Both the position numbers and the translations under genes were made by a program. DNA of 37,423 nucleotides from Candidatus Aminicenantes bacterium (lineage in GTDB: Bacteria > Acidobacteriota > Aminicenantia > UBA2199): NCBI GenBank assembly GCA_023137075.1, contig JAGLQA010000240.1, positions 1 through 37,423 on the forward strand, written 5' to 3'. Below, in pieces: positions 24,517-33,152 of this stretch. Position 1 is the stretch's first letter. Each line of letters begins with the position of its first letter. The notes under the pieces were generated by a model that saw only the letters and a list, made by a program, of their open reading frames with translations, searched no databases and was not told where the DNA came from.

Positions 24517-25629
24517 ATGCCGTCCGCAAAGGAAGGAAGTGGAGTACTGAAAAGACATAAAAAGAAAGCGAAGCACCTGCTGATAGACCCGGAAAAGTTT
24601 ATCGATAACGGCAACAGCGGTATCTTCGTGCCCCAGTTCCTTATGCAGAAGTATAAATTGGTGGAAGGGGCAGCCGTTACCGGCCCAATAAAGAACGGCC
24701 GGGGGGGGCCTATGCTGGCGGGTATAAAAACCGTCTGCGGGCTTTCACCGGAGGTTTTCAAAAAACGCAGAGCCTATACCCAGTTGACTGCCTTACCACC
24801 GGACCGGCGTTTCAACCTGGCCCTAGACGGTGAACCGGCCATGCGGATCGTTGACCTGGTGGCTCCCATTGCCAAAGGGACCCGAGGTTTGATCGTTTCG
24901 CCTCCCCGTGCCGGAAAAACCATCCTGTTGGAACAAATTGCCAAAGCCATTCATACTTTTGATCCGGAGACCAGGATCATCGTGCTGCTGGTTGACGAAC
25001 GTCCCGAAGAAGTCACCCATTTTCGCCGCAAGGTGAAGGCAGAGGTGTTAGCCAGTTCCAATGACCTTGATATCCGCCAGCACATCGAGTTAACCGAATT
25101 TGTAATGGCCCACGTGGTAGCCGAATTGGAGTGCGGTAAGAATGTAGTCGTACTGGTTGACAACCTGACTCGCATGTCCAGGGCGTTCAACTTAGGGGGG
25201 CGAAGTTCCCGGAAAAATAGAGGCCGCATCATGTCCGGCGGACTGCAGGCAGGTGCGCTGGAAATTCCGCGCCGGTTTTTCGGCCTGGCGCGCAACATAG
25301 AGAACGGCGGTTCCGTTACCATTATCGCTACCATATTGGTGGATACCGGTTCACGAATGGATCAATTGATATTCGAGGAATTTAAGGGTACCGGTAATTG
25401 TGAAATTATATTAGACCGCAGCCTGGCGGAAGCCCGGATTTTTCCGGCGATCAATATTAATGCCAGCGGTACGCGAAAAGAGGAGCTGCTCTACCCGGCC
25501 AATCATTATAAACAGATTTCCCGGCTGCGCCGGGCCCTGGCAAATCTCAATCCCAAAGATGGGATGGAATTATTCCTGAAATTTCTAAAAAAATATCCCA
25601 CTAACGAGGATTTCCTGAACGAAACCTGA
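24517..25629 (+). CDS. rho: Transcription termination factor Rho with a shortened, divergent N-terminal region
   Basis: 370 aa. It has Walker A (PPRAGKTILL), LLVDERPEEV, the Q/R-loop region, and FEEFKGTGNCEIILDR..RIFPAINI..SGTRKEELL, which aligns with E. coli Rho by eye. The N-terminal helix bundle is absent and the GFGFLR segment is not conserved. Confidence 0.9.
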   Translation: MPSAKEGSGVLKRHKKKAKHLLIDPEKFIDNGNSGIFVPQFLMQKYKLVEGAAVTGPIKNGRGGPMLAGIKTVCGLSPEVFKKRRAYTQLTALPPDRRFNLALDGEPAMRIVDLVAPIAKGTRGLIVSPPRAGKTILLEQIAKAIHTFDPETRIIVLLVDERPEEVTHFRRKVKAEVLASSNDLDIRQHIELTEFVMAHVVAELECGKNVVVLVDNLTRMSRAFNLGGRSSRKNRGRIMSGGLQAGALEIPRRFFGLARNIENGGSVTIIATILVDTGSRMDQLIFEEFKGTGNCEIILDRSLAEARIFPAININASGTRKEELLYPANHYKQISRLRRALANLNPKDGMELFLKFLKKYPTNEDFLNET

Positions 25630-25734
25630 TACCTGCTCGAACATTCCGGTTATATAAAAAAAATCCGCCTTCTATAGAAATACTCTTGAATATGCTCACT
25701 TTGACTTTTCAAAATTAGAATTGCCGGATTTTCA

Positions 25735-25763
25735 TTGACTTTAATCACAATCTATTGTAGAAT
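25735..25763 (+). promoter_or_regulatory. Putative sigma70 promoter (TTGACT-17 bp-TAGAAT) bracketed by an ATCACA/TGTGAT inverted repeat
   Basis: TTGACT at 25735-25740, a 17-nt spacer, and TAGAAT at 25758-25763. The inverted repeat ATCACA (25744-25749) / TGTGAT (25763-25768) spans the spacer and the -10. Confidence 0.5.
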
Positions 25764-25862
25764 GTGATCTTATGATGATGGAACTGTTTTATAAACGAGT
25801 TCTTGTCGGGGGACACCTTATGCATCCGGATCAGATTACATTAAAAAATCAGGAGATAAAAC

Positions 25863-25985
25863 ATGGACAAAATGATTGAAAAATTAAGTCTGAAAACCTT
25901 AAGTCTTGAAGAGTTGAACAAAGTCAAGGGAGGTTCGCCCCCCATTTTTATTATACCTCCGGGGATACCCGGTTCCGGTGGTTAA
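25863..25985 (+). CDS. 40-aa precursor peptide with a double-glycine (bacteriocin-type) leader
   Basis: This ORF is not in the track (<60 aa). AGGAG at 25851-25855 lies 7 nt before the ATG. The translation is MDKMIEKLSLKTLSLEELNKVKGG / SPPIFIIPPGIPGSGG. The leader matches LSxxELxxVxGG at positions -12, -11, -8, -7, -4, -2 and -1. Confidence 0.6.
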   Translation: MDKMIEKLSLKTLSLEELNKVKGGSPPIFIIPPGIPGSGG

Positions 25986-26066
25986 ATAGACTGAAAGGGC
26001 AAATCTAAGACCCGGAAAAAGCGTTTCTCTCATAAGAGGGTGATTTTTACTCCCTGGAGGATTAGT

Positions 26067-27191
26067 CTATTTTAAACTTTCGCGGTTTTCGAAGGAGCGG
26101 TTGATGGAAAATTCGCTGAAATCCGTATCCCACTCACCCTGGATTATGTAGTGAGCCAGGTGTTTGGCAATGGCTGGCCCGAACATAAAACCGTGTCCGC
26201 TCATCCCGGAGGCCACGTATAACCCGTCGACCGGCGATTCACCCACCAGGGGATTCCCATCCGGGGTCATGGTATAACATCCGGCCCAATGTCTCAATAT
26301 GGAGGCATTCTTGATGGCCGGGACAAGACGGGTCATGCGCCAGGCAACATTGGGCACAAATTCGAAGGACGCGTCATCCCTGATGCCGGGCACATTGGGG
26401 ATTGGGGTATAGCAGCCGCAAATCTGACCGCTGATGAATTGATTAAAATAACAGCCGTCCTCCCGGTAGTCGACCACCATGGGTTCTAAAAACTTCGGCA
26501 TGCGTTCCGTGATAATGGCTTCGTGCCGTTCCGGGGATAAAGGCAAATCTAACCCGATTGTTTGAGCGATTTCCGCGGTCCAGGGGCCGGCGCACAGGAG
26601 AACTTTTTCACTCTCGATCCGGGTGCCGTCCTGTAACATGATAACAAAAGGATTGGTTTTTTCTATTTTCTCTACTTTGTTGTGAAGGAATAAAGCGCCC
26701 TTATGTCTTTCGATTTGTTGTTTATAGCCTTTTAAAACCGCGAAGGGAAAAGCCTGGCCGTCGTCCGGGCAGTAAGCGGCAGCGTGAAGATTCTCCAGGT
26801 TCAGATGGGGCACCACTTTGTTTGCTTCACCGGGTGTTAATAAGGAGACATTCACCTTTTCTTTTTTCTGTATTTCGATATTGGCTTTAAAAATATCCAC
26901 CATTTTTTCGCTGTGGGCCAGCAGCAGGTAGCCGCCCTGGTGAAACTCCACCGGGAAACCGAACTCCTCTTCCATTTTAGAAAATAGTTCGATGCTTTCC
27001 CTCATTAACCGTATGGAGGTGGAGGTGGAGAATTGCTGCCTGATGCCGCCGATGCAGCGCCCGGTTGACCCGGAGCCGAGATATTCTCGTTCTATTAGCG
27101 CTATTTTAATTCCTTTTCGGGCCAGGTAGCAGCCTGTGCCCATCCCGATGATGCCTCCACCGATAATCGCAACATCATAATTGTGTTTCAT
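26067..27191 (-). CDS. FAD-dependent oxidoreductase, DAO family (sarcosine oxidase beta / L-proline dehydrogenase beta / HcnC-like)
   Basis: I moved the start to the ATG at 27191 (MKHNYDVAIIGGGIIGMGTGCYLARKG, GxGxxG at the N-terminus), which forms an ATGA overlap with the upstream gene. The track start at 27326 would add 45 non-homologous residues. Confidence 0.75.
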   Translation of the reverse strand: MKHNYDVAIIGGGIIGMGTGCYLARKGIKIALIEREYLGSGSTGRCIGGIRQQFSTSTSIRLMRESIELFSKMEEEFGFPVEFHQGGYLLLAHSEKMVDIFKANIEIQKKEKVNVSLLTPGEANKVVPHLNLENLHAAAYCPDDGQAFPFAVLKGYKQQIERHKGALFLHNKVEKIEKTNPFVIMLQDGTRIESEKVLLCAGPWTAEIAQTIGLDLPLSPERHEAIITERMPKFLEPMVVDYREDGCYFNQFISGQICGCYTPIPNVPGIRDDASFEFVPNVAWRMTRLVPAIKNASILRHWAGCYTMTPDGNPLVGESPVDGLYVASGMSGHGFMFGPAIAKHLAHYIIQGEWDTDFSEFSINRSFENRESLK

Positions 27192-27466
27192 GATTCCTCT
27201 CCTTCTACTTGAATAAAGGCGCTGACTGTCACCGGTTTTAACGGCGGCCTTTTTCTCCATTCTTCGATGTTTTGCAGGCTTGTATTTAACTTTCGCGCCA
27301 GCATGGACCGCAGGATAGGCCCACATGTCCTACCCTGGCAGGGTCCCATCCCGGCCCGGAGGAAACGTTTAATCTCTTCAAGGGTGGTGATTCCCGAATC
27401 GAGGGCTTCTTTCACCATTTCTTCCGTAATATCTTCGCATCTGCAAATCAGTATGTTATCACTCAT
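27188..27466 (-). CDS. Small BFD-like [2Fe-2S]-binding protein
   Basis: 92 aa. The CRCEDIT..GMGPCQGRTCGP pattern is characteristic of BFD-like 2Fe-2S domains. ATGA-type overlaps occur at both ends. Confidence 0.7.
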   Translation of the reverse strand: MSDNILICRCEDITEEMVKEALDSGITTLEEIKRFLRAGMGPCQGRTCGPILRSMLARKLNTSLQNIEEWRKRPPLKPVTVSAFIQVEGEES

Positions 27467-27954
27467 TTTTTCCTCCTGAAACCCCTGACGGTTTTCACGA
27501 GATCTTTTTCCATTTTCAATGAGACGGAAAGGGTGCGGTCATGTTGTTTTAGTTTTTTTACCTTTTCGATTTCCCCCTCTCCCACGACCTTTCCGGCCCG
27601 GTCGAGCAGGTCGACAATTTCGCCCTGGTCGGGAGGTTCGATTTCATAGGGAATAGTAACCACCCCGTGATTTTTCGACAAATCGACCATAAAAATGGCC
27701 AGGCCCGGGCAGAAGCCGAGACAGATACCGCAGCCGGTGCATTTTTCAAAATCGATGGTCGGCACGGCGTTTATGTTGCCTGCCACTTTTATGGCGCCAA
27801 CGGGGCAGTATTCCATGCAGGGATTACAGGGAATTTCCTGGCAGCATTCGATGACGGCCGCCGCCCTTTTTTTCATTCGTTCTTCTGAAGGGAATTCGAT
27901 CTGATCGTTAGAAAAATGACCCTTTCTTATACAATCCATCTTACTGCAGTCCAT
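27463..27954 (-). CDS. 4Fe-4S ferredoxin-domain protein
   Basis: I chose the start at 27954 (MDCSKMDC..) because GAGGAGG lies upstream. The Cys motifs CNPCMEYCP and CTGCGICLGFCP are present. Confidence 0.65.
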   Translation of the reverse strand: MDCSKMDCIRKGHFSNDQIEFPSEERMKKRAAAVIECCQEIPCNPCMEYCPVGAIKVAGNINAVPTIDFEKCTGCGICLGFCPGLAIFMVDLSKNHGVVTIPYEIEPPDQGEIVDLLDRAGKVVGEGEIEKVKKLKQHDRTLSVSLKMEKDLVKTVRGFRRKK

Positions 27955-29380
27955 TTTTTCTTGCCTCCTCTTCCAGTTTTTGATTACCGATGCGGATTTT
28001 CTCACCAAAGGGGCCTTCTCTTAATTCCTTTAGTTCCAACCGGTTCTTTTCCCGTTCTTCTATCAACTCCGGGCTGCCGCCGCTGACCTTTTCGGCTGCG
28101 CTCAAGCCGGCTATTCGTCCTTCCATCATCGCGGACGAGGCTTCCTCGATTCCGGAAATATCACCGGCAATAAAAACACCGGGGAGCGAGGTCTCCATAT
28201 TTTCGTTATGGGGGTTGATATATCCACCCAATTCGGGAATATAGGTTTGTCTTGCCCCGGCCTGGGATAAAATTTCGATCGAGGGTGACAGACCGACTGC
28301 CAGGCCCACGGTATCGCAGTCGAATTTCTTTTCTGTCCCGGCGATGGGCTGCCATTGTTTATCGACTTCTACGACTTCAGCGCCTTCCACGCGGCTGCTG
28401 CCGAATACGCGTGAGATGGTATGAGATGTGTATATCGGGACTCCCAGGCGTTTGATTTTCGCCGAATGGACTAAGTAAGCGCCGATTCTCGGCAGTCCCT
28501 CGATGACGGCGGCGACTTCGACACCGGCCTGAAGCAGTTGATAGGCGACTATCGCACCGATATTCCCCGCGCCCACCATCAATACTTTTTTCCCCGGGGT
28601 TATGCCGTAAACATTCATCAGGGTCTGGATCGCTCCGGCGCCGTACACTCCGGGCAGGTCGTTCCCGATGAAGGGCACCATTTTTTCCGAAGCGCCGGTA
28701 GCGATTAAAATCGTTTTTGCCTTGACTCGCACATATTTCCCCTGCCTCTCTACTCCGAGAATATTTCCCGGGTAATACCCGATAACGGAAGAGGATGTCC
28801 AGGTTTCAATTTCTTTTTTACGGGCATCTTTGATCAAAATTCCGGCAATATCGATGCCCCTGACCCCGGCATAATGTGAACGGCTGCCGAAAAATTTATG
28901 GGTTTGTTTGATTAATTGACCGCCTAAAAGAAAATTTTCCTCTATGATTAAGGGTTTGATGCCGTAGCGGGCGGCATACAGGGCGGCGGAAAGACCGGCC
29001 GGTCCCCCGCCTACGACGGCGAAATCGGTTTCGACGGTCGGCGTCTCTTTAAATTCGGGATACCCGGTAAAGGATTCCGGTGAGACAACGGACTTAGATT
29101 GCGGTTTGACTCTCATGCCCTCTTTCACCGGTATGATACAGGTGCGCATATTGGGTACGCCATCCACTTCCATGATGCATGACGCGCATTTCCCGATGGC
29201 GCAGTATAATCCCCTGGGGCGATGGAAACGAAAACTTTCGGATAATGTGGTAATACCGGCGGCATGGAGCGCGGCCGTAATGGACTCGCCCTCATAGGCT
29301 GTAACCGGTTGGCCTTCATAGTAAATGGTAATCTTTTTTTCTCGGGCAAACTCGAGAATAGGATGTTTGTCAATCCTCAT
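27941..29380 (-). CDS. Fused [2Fe-2S] plus FAD/NAD(P)-binding oxidoreductase (sarcosine oxidase alpha / proline dehydrogenase alpha-like)
   Basis: 479 aa. The N-terminal Fer2_4-like segment (YEGESITAAL..CAIGKCASCIMEVDG..MRTC) is followed by two dinucleotide folds (VVGGGPAGLSAALYAA and VGAGNIGAIVAYQL). An AGGAG precedes the ATG. Confidence 0.75.
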   Translation of the reverse strand: MRIDKHPILEFAREKKITIYYEGQPVTAYEGESITAALHAAGITTLSESFRFHRPRGLYCAIGKCASCIMEVDGVPNMRTCIIPVKEGMRVKPQSKSVVSPESFTGYPEFKETPTVETDFAVVGGGPAGLSAALYAARYGIKPLIIEENFLLGGQLIKQTHKFFGSRSHYAGVRGIDIAGILIKDARKKEIETWTSSSVIGYYPGNILGVERQGKYVRVKAKTILIATGASEKMVPFIGNDLPGVYGAGAIQTLMNVYGITPGKKVLMVGAGNIGAIVAYQLLQAGVEVAAVIEGLPRIGAYLVHSAKIKRLGVPIYTSHTISRVFGSSRVEGAEVVEVDKQWQPIAGTEKKFDCDTVGLAVGLSPSIEILSQAGARQTYIPELGGYINPHNENMETSLPGVFIAGDISGIEEASSAMMEGRIAGLSAAEKVSGGSPELIEEREKNRLELKELREGPFGEKIRIGNQKLEEEARKNGLQ

Positions 29381-29443
29381 GTCAGCTCCTTATCGACATA
29401 GTGTGGAAGGTGTAGAAATGTAATACATATGACGGTTTAGCAT

Positions 29444-29480
29444 TGATATAATTTATATCATAACAATATAATCAAGTCAA
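29444..29480 (-). promoter_or_regulatory. Putative sigma70 promoter (TTGACT-17 bp-TATAAA) with a 17-bp perfect palindrome over the -10
   Basis: On the minus strand, TTGACT is at 29480-29475, followed by a 17-nt spacer and TATAAA at 29457-29452. The palindrome TGATATAA-T-TTATATCA occupies 29444-29460. Confidence 0.5.
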
Positions 29481-29556
29481 TAATAAATCCGGAATCCGGT
29501 AGGGCGTACTCTTGCGGCCTCCCGGAAAAAATTTAATGGGATTTTTATTTTATTGC

Positions 29557-30975
29557 CTAGCGGTTGTCGTGATAGCCCAACAGGGAGGCAATGGATACGG
29601 GCTTGACCGGGGGCCTGACGGAAAACCGGCCCACTTCCTGCGGGGATTTTTGCGTTAAGGCGCTCAGGATATCATAGATAATGGGGCCGCAAATACGGCC
29701 CTGGCAATTGCCCATCCCGGTCCGTACCGCCGTTTTTAAGGAGACCGGCGTATTAAAATCTGCTTGCACGGCTTTCTTAATATCTGCCATGGTGACATCT
29801 TCGCAGCGGCATACAATGGTTTCGTCGGGGATATCCAGGATCGTACTCTCCGGGATTTTGTAGAGTAAATTGAAATATTCGCCAAACTTGAGGTGGTGTT
29901 TTCTTTCCCGGCTCAAGGATTTCAACCTAAGAAAATAGTCATCCTCCGCGATTTTATCGAATCTTCTTAAGATCGCTAAGGCCGCTGTTTTTCCTTCATT
30001 GATGGATTTCAGAGCGCCACCTATACCGGTGATTTCACCTCCCGCGAATATGTCTTCTCTGGTAGTGAGCATTTCATCGTTCACCCTGACGACCCAGCCG
30101 CCTTTCGCGTCAGAGTAGTCCAACTTGCATTCCGCTAATTGGGGCAGTTCGATATTGGCTGTAAAACCGTAACCCACGGCCAGCGCCCCGGTTTTATGGA
30201 TTTTTTCAGTCCCGGGAATGATACTGCCCGATTTGTTGACCCGGGCCGTCACTACCTCTTGCAGTGATTCTTTTCCCCTGGCCTCGACTATCTTCCGCCT
30301 GAATTTAACCGGCACACCTGAGAGAAAAATTTTCGATAGAAATTTCGCGCCTTCAACGAACTTTGGGAACTGGTGGAAAAGTTGGCTGATTAATTTCATC
30401 TTGTCCAACATGGCGGTCTGTTCAAGAATGGCTGTTACCCCGGCGCGGTTCCGCAGCGTTTCGTAAGCCACGGCAAAGAGAAAGAGCCCCGAACCGCCAA
30501 TCAGGATTTTTTCGGCGAGTAAAACCCCGGAGGTTTTCATTAAGACCTGGGCCAGGCCGGTGGAATAAACACCCGGTAGTGTCCAGCCTTTAAAGGGGAA
30601 AAATCTCTCCCTGGCACCGGTGGCAAATAATATAACATCAAAGTTGACGGTTATGACCTCTTTTTCGTCCACTTCGACCAGGATTTTCTTTTCCGGGTAA
30701 ATACCGATAACCACGCCCCGGTTGATAATCGTCACTTTTTTTGTTTTCAAACATTCGATGAATTTAAAGCCGATTTTTTTGACATAATCCGGATGATAGA
30801 CGGGGTATTCGCTTAATTTATCAGGAATTTTTCGCAGCAATTGGCCGCCGATGTAGATGTTTTCGTCGATCAGTACGATATCCAGGTTCGACTCGGAAAG
30901 TATATTTGCCGCGACGATACCGGCAAAGCCGCTGCCCACGATGACGACATTGAATTTATTTTTCCTATTACTCAT
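29557..30975 (-). CDS. NAD(P)/FAD-dependent oxidoreductase with a C-terminal BFD-like [2Fe-2S] domain (HcnB / opine oxidase A-like)
   Basis: I moved the start to 30975 (MSNRKNKFNVVIVGSGFAGIVAANIL), which overlaps the stop of the upstream gene by 8 bp. The C-terminus reads CRCEDVT..GMGNCQGRICGP. Confidence 0.75.
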   Translation of the reverse strand: MSNRKNKFNVVIVGSGFAGIVAANILSESNLDIVLIDENIYIGGQLLRKIPDKLSEYPVYHPDYVKKIGFKFIECLKTKKVTIINRGVVIGIYPEKKILVEVDEKEVITVNFDVILFATGARERFFPFKGWTLPGVYSTGLAQVLMKTSGVLLAEKILIGGSGLFLFAVAYETLRNRAGVTAILEQTAMLDKMKLISQLFHQFPKFVEGAKFLSKIFLSGVPVKFRRKIVEARGKESLQEVVTARVNKSGSIIPGTEKIHKTGALAVGYGFTANIELPQLAECKLDYSDAKGGWVVRVNDEMLTTREDIFAGGEITGIGGALKSINEGKTAALAILRRFDKIAEDDYFLRLKSLSRERKHHLKFGEYFNLLYKIPESTILDIPDETIVCRCEDVTMADIKKAVQADFNTPVSLKTAVRTGMGNCQGRICGPIIYDILSALTQKSPQEVGRFSVRPPVKPVSIASLLGYHDNR

Positions 30976-31249
30976 CAAATGCGATCTCCATCTTATTCTC
31001 GACCTGGCACATGCAGGCCCTCTTGTTGGGGATACCGTTGATGGTAACCAGGCATTCGAAGCAGACACCCATTCCACACAGGGCGCCCCGTTTTCCCTTT
31101 AGAAAAGCACTTCTTTTCAGCGATTTGTACCCGGAGGCGATGAGTGCGGCCAGCACGGTTTCGCCTTCATAGGCGGGTAATTGGTTCCCGTTCACCAGGA
31201 TATTTACTTTTTCTTTTCTTATTATTTGTTTTATTCGCAAGCCCTTCAT
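30968..31249 (-). CDS. Small [2Fe-2S]-binding protein (HcnA / sarcosine oxidase alpha N-terminal-like)
   Basis: 93 aa. The pattern YEGETVLAAL..CGMGVCFECLVTING..RACMC matches the Fer2_4 type. Confidence 0.7.
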   Translation of the reverse strand: MKGLRIKQIIRKEKVNILVNGNQLPAYEGETVLAALIASGYKSLKRSAFLKGKRGALCGMGVCFECLVTINGIPNKRACMCQVENKMEIAFDE

Positions 31250-31465
31250 GAGTTACGGTTTCCTTAGAGAAGAATGTACAATTAAGTTCTATATTCTGTC
31301 AAGTCTAAAATCGGTAATTTTTAAAAATTTTAATTCAATATCGATTTTTTTACCCCTTTGCCTGACTGCCTGTCTTTAGATGGTTGAGGGCGGTTGGAAA
31401 ATATGTTATAAACCTTTTTTTAAAAAACAAGTATAATACATGTTTGGAATAATTCAGGAGTTAAA

Positions 31466-33145
31466 ATGAAAAAAGGTGTGTTGATTGCCATTCTCGTACT
31501 CGTTTTAATTATCATATTCTTAGCACTGACAGTGGGCTACGTCTATATGCAATTTACCCGGGAACCTTTCATCGCGGAAAACGCGGTTCTCAAGATTAAC
31601 CTGGCAGGAGAAATCGTAGATAGTGACGACTCCTTCTTTTCTAAAAAAAATAGTATCAGGGATTTGTGGTATCACGTAAAAAGAGCGAAACATGATGAAC
31701 GTATAAAAGGGATGATCGTAAAAATATCCTATTTGCATACCGGGTTTGCCAGCGTGGAAGATATCGGCCGAATATTACAGGATTTCAGGAAAAGCGGTAA
31801 AAAGGTTGTCGCGTTCATCGAGGGCGGCGGACTGCGGGAGTACTTCCTGGCCACCTTTGCCGATAAGGTTTACGCCTTTAAGGGCGTGAGTTTGATGCTG
31901 AACGGCCTGGCAGCCGAAGCCGTTTTTTTAAAGAAAACCTTTTCGAAGATAGGCATCGAGGCGGAGTATTATCATATCGGAAAATACAAAACCGCTGCCA
32001 ACATGTTTACCGAGGAGGGATTGACCCCCGCGCATGAAGAGGCGCTGCAAACCCTTTTAGATGATATCTTTGCTGTGATTATCGAGAAAATAGCGGTAAA
32101 TCGAAATATAAACAGGGAGACCGTAAGAAGGGAGATTTCGGATTTTACCTTTACCTGCGACAACTATGTAAAATTGAAGTTAATCGATAAATTGGTATAT
32201 GAAGATGAACTGTTGGCGGATTTTGGCAAAGGATACCGGGTAGTGGATTTTGATATTTATAAAGAAACCACCTCTCCCCTACCCTATTCGGGTCCGGATA
32301 AAGTGGCGGTAATTTTTGCTTCCGGGGAGATCCGCAGCGGTTACAGCGGCGGCCAGGCTCTTTTGGGCGGTAGTATCCTCGGGTCCGATACCCTGACCAG
32401 GCAATTACGGGCTGTTAGAAAAGACCCGGCGGTAAAAGCAGTTGTCCTGCGGGTTAACAGCCCGGGTGGTTCGCCCTTTGCGTCCGATGCAATCCGCCGG
32501 GAAGCGGAATTATTAACTAAAAAAAAACCCCTGGTTATTTCCATGTCCGACGTGGCCGCATCCGGGGGATACCAGGTCTCGCTGTCATCGTCAAAAATCC
32601 TGGCCCTGCCGCAGACGATTACCGGTTCCATCGGTGTTTTAGGCGGGAAGTTTATTTTTAAGGGTTTTTATGACAAAATAGGGCTGAAGAAAGCCACAAT
32701 TAAAACGACTAAGTATGCGGATTGGTTTTCGGATTCCCGGCCTTTCTCCAAAGAAGAACGGAAGAAGTTGATGACCTTGATGACGGGAATCTATGACTCC
32801 TTCGTTTCCCTGGTTTCGAAGAGCCGGAAGATGAACATCGAGGATGTAGAGGAGGTTTCCCGGGGCAGGGTATGGTCCGGGAAATCGGCTGTAGAATTGC
32901 GCTTAGTCGATCAAACCGGTGGGTTATTGGATGCAATAGCCGAGGCGAAAAAGCTGGCCGAAATTCCGGCCGGGGTGCGTGTGGGCATCCGGATTTACCC
33001 TAAAAAGAAGTCTTTGTGGGATATGGTTAGCCAGCTAATCGATGCCGGGGGCGCCAATCCGCTTCTCCACATCAAAACTGAGTTGAGCATGTATAAGAAT
33101 TTTTTCCCTGCCCTGCTGCTGCCTTATAAAATCCGGATCAATTAA
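31466..33145 (+). CDS. sppA: Signal peptide peptidase SppA, 67K type (tandem S49 domains)
   Basis: 559 aa with an N-terminal TM helix and two ClpP/crotonase-like halves. The second half carries SPGGSPFASD and the catalytic-Ser region SDVAASGGY. AGGAG precedes the ATG. Confidence 0.85.
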   Translation: MKKGVLIAILVLVLIIIFLALTVGYVYMQFTREPFIAENAVLKINLAGEIVDSDDSFFSKKNSIRDLWYHVKRAKHDERIKGMIVKISYLHTGFASVEDIGRILQDFRKSGKKVVAFIEGGGLREYFLATFADKVYAFKGVSLMLNGLAAEAVFLKKTFSKIGIEAEYYHIGKYKTAANMFTEEGLTPAHEEALQTLLDDIFAVIIEKIAVNRNINRETVRREISDFTFTCDNYVKLKLIDKLVYEDELLADFGKGYRVVDFDIYKETTSPLPYSGPDKVAVIFASGEIRSGYSGGQALLGGSILGSDTLTRQLRAVRKDPAVKAVVLRVNSPGGSPFASDAIRREAELLTKKKPLVISMSDVAASGGYQVSLSSSKILALPQTITGSIGVLGGKFIFKGFYDKIGLKKATIKTTKYADWFSDSRPFSKEERKKLMTLMTGIYDSFVSLVSKSRKMNIEDVEEVSRGRVWSGKSAVELRLVDQTGGLLDAIAEAKKLAEIPAGVRVGIRIYPKKKSLWDMVSQLIDAGGANPLLHIKTELSMYKNFFPALLLPYKIRIN

Positions 33146-33152
33146 TCGCCGC

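Noticed and set aside
24423-24761. 112-aa minus-strand ORF over the rho leader and 5' coding region
   Set aside because: It is antisense to rho and its leader, has low-complexity hydrophobic content and has no SD.
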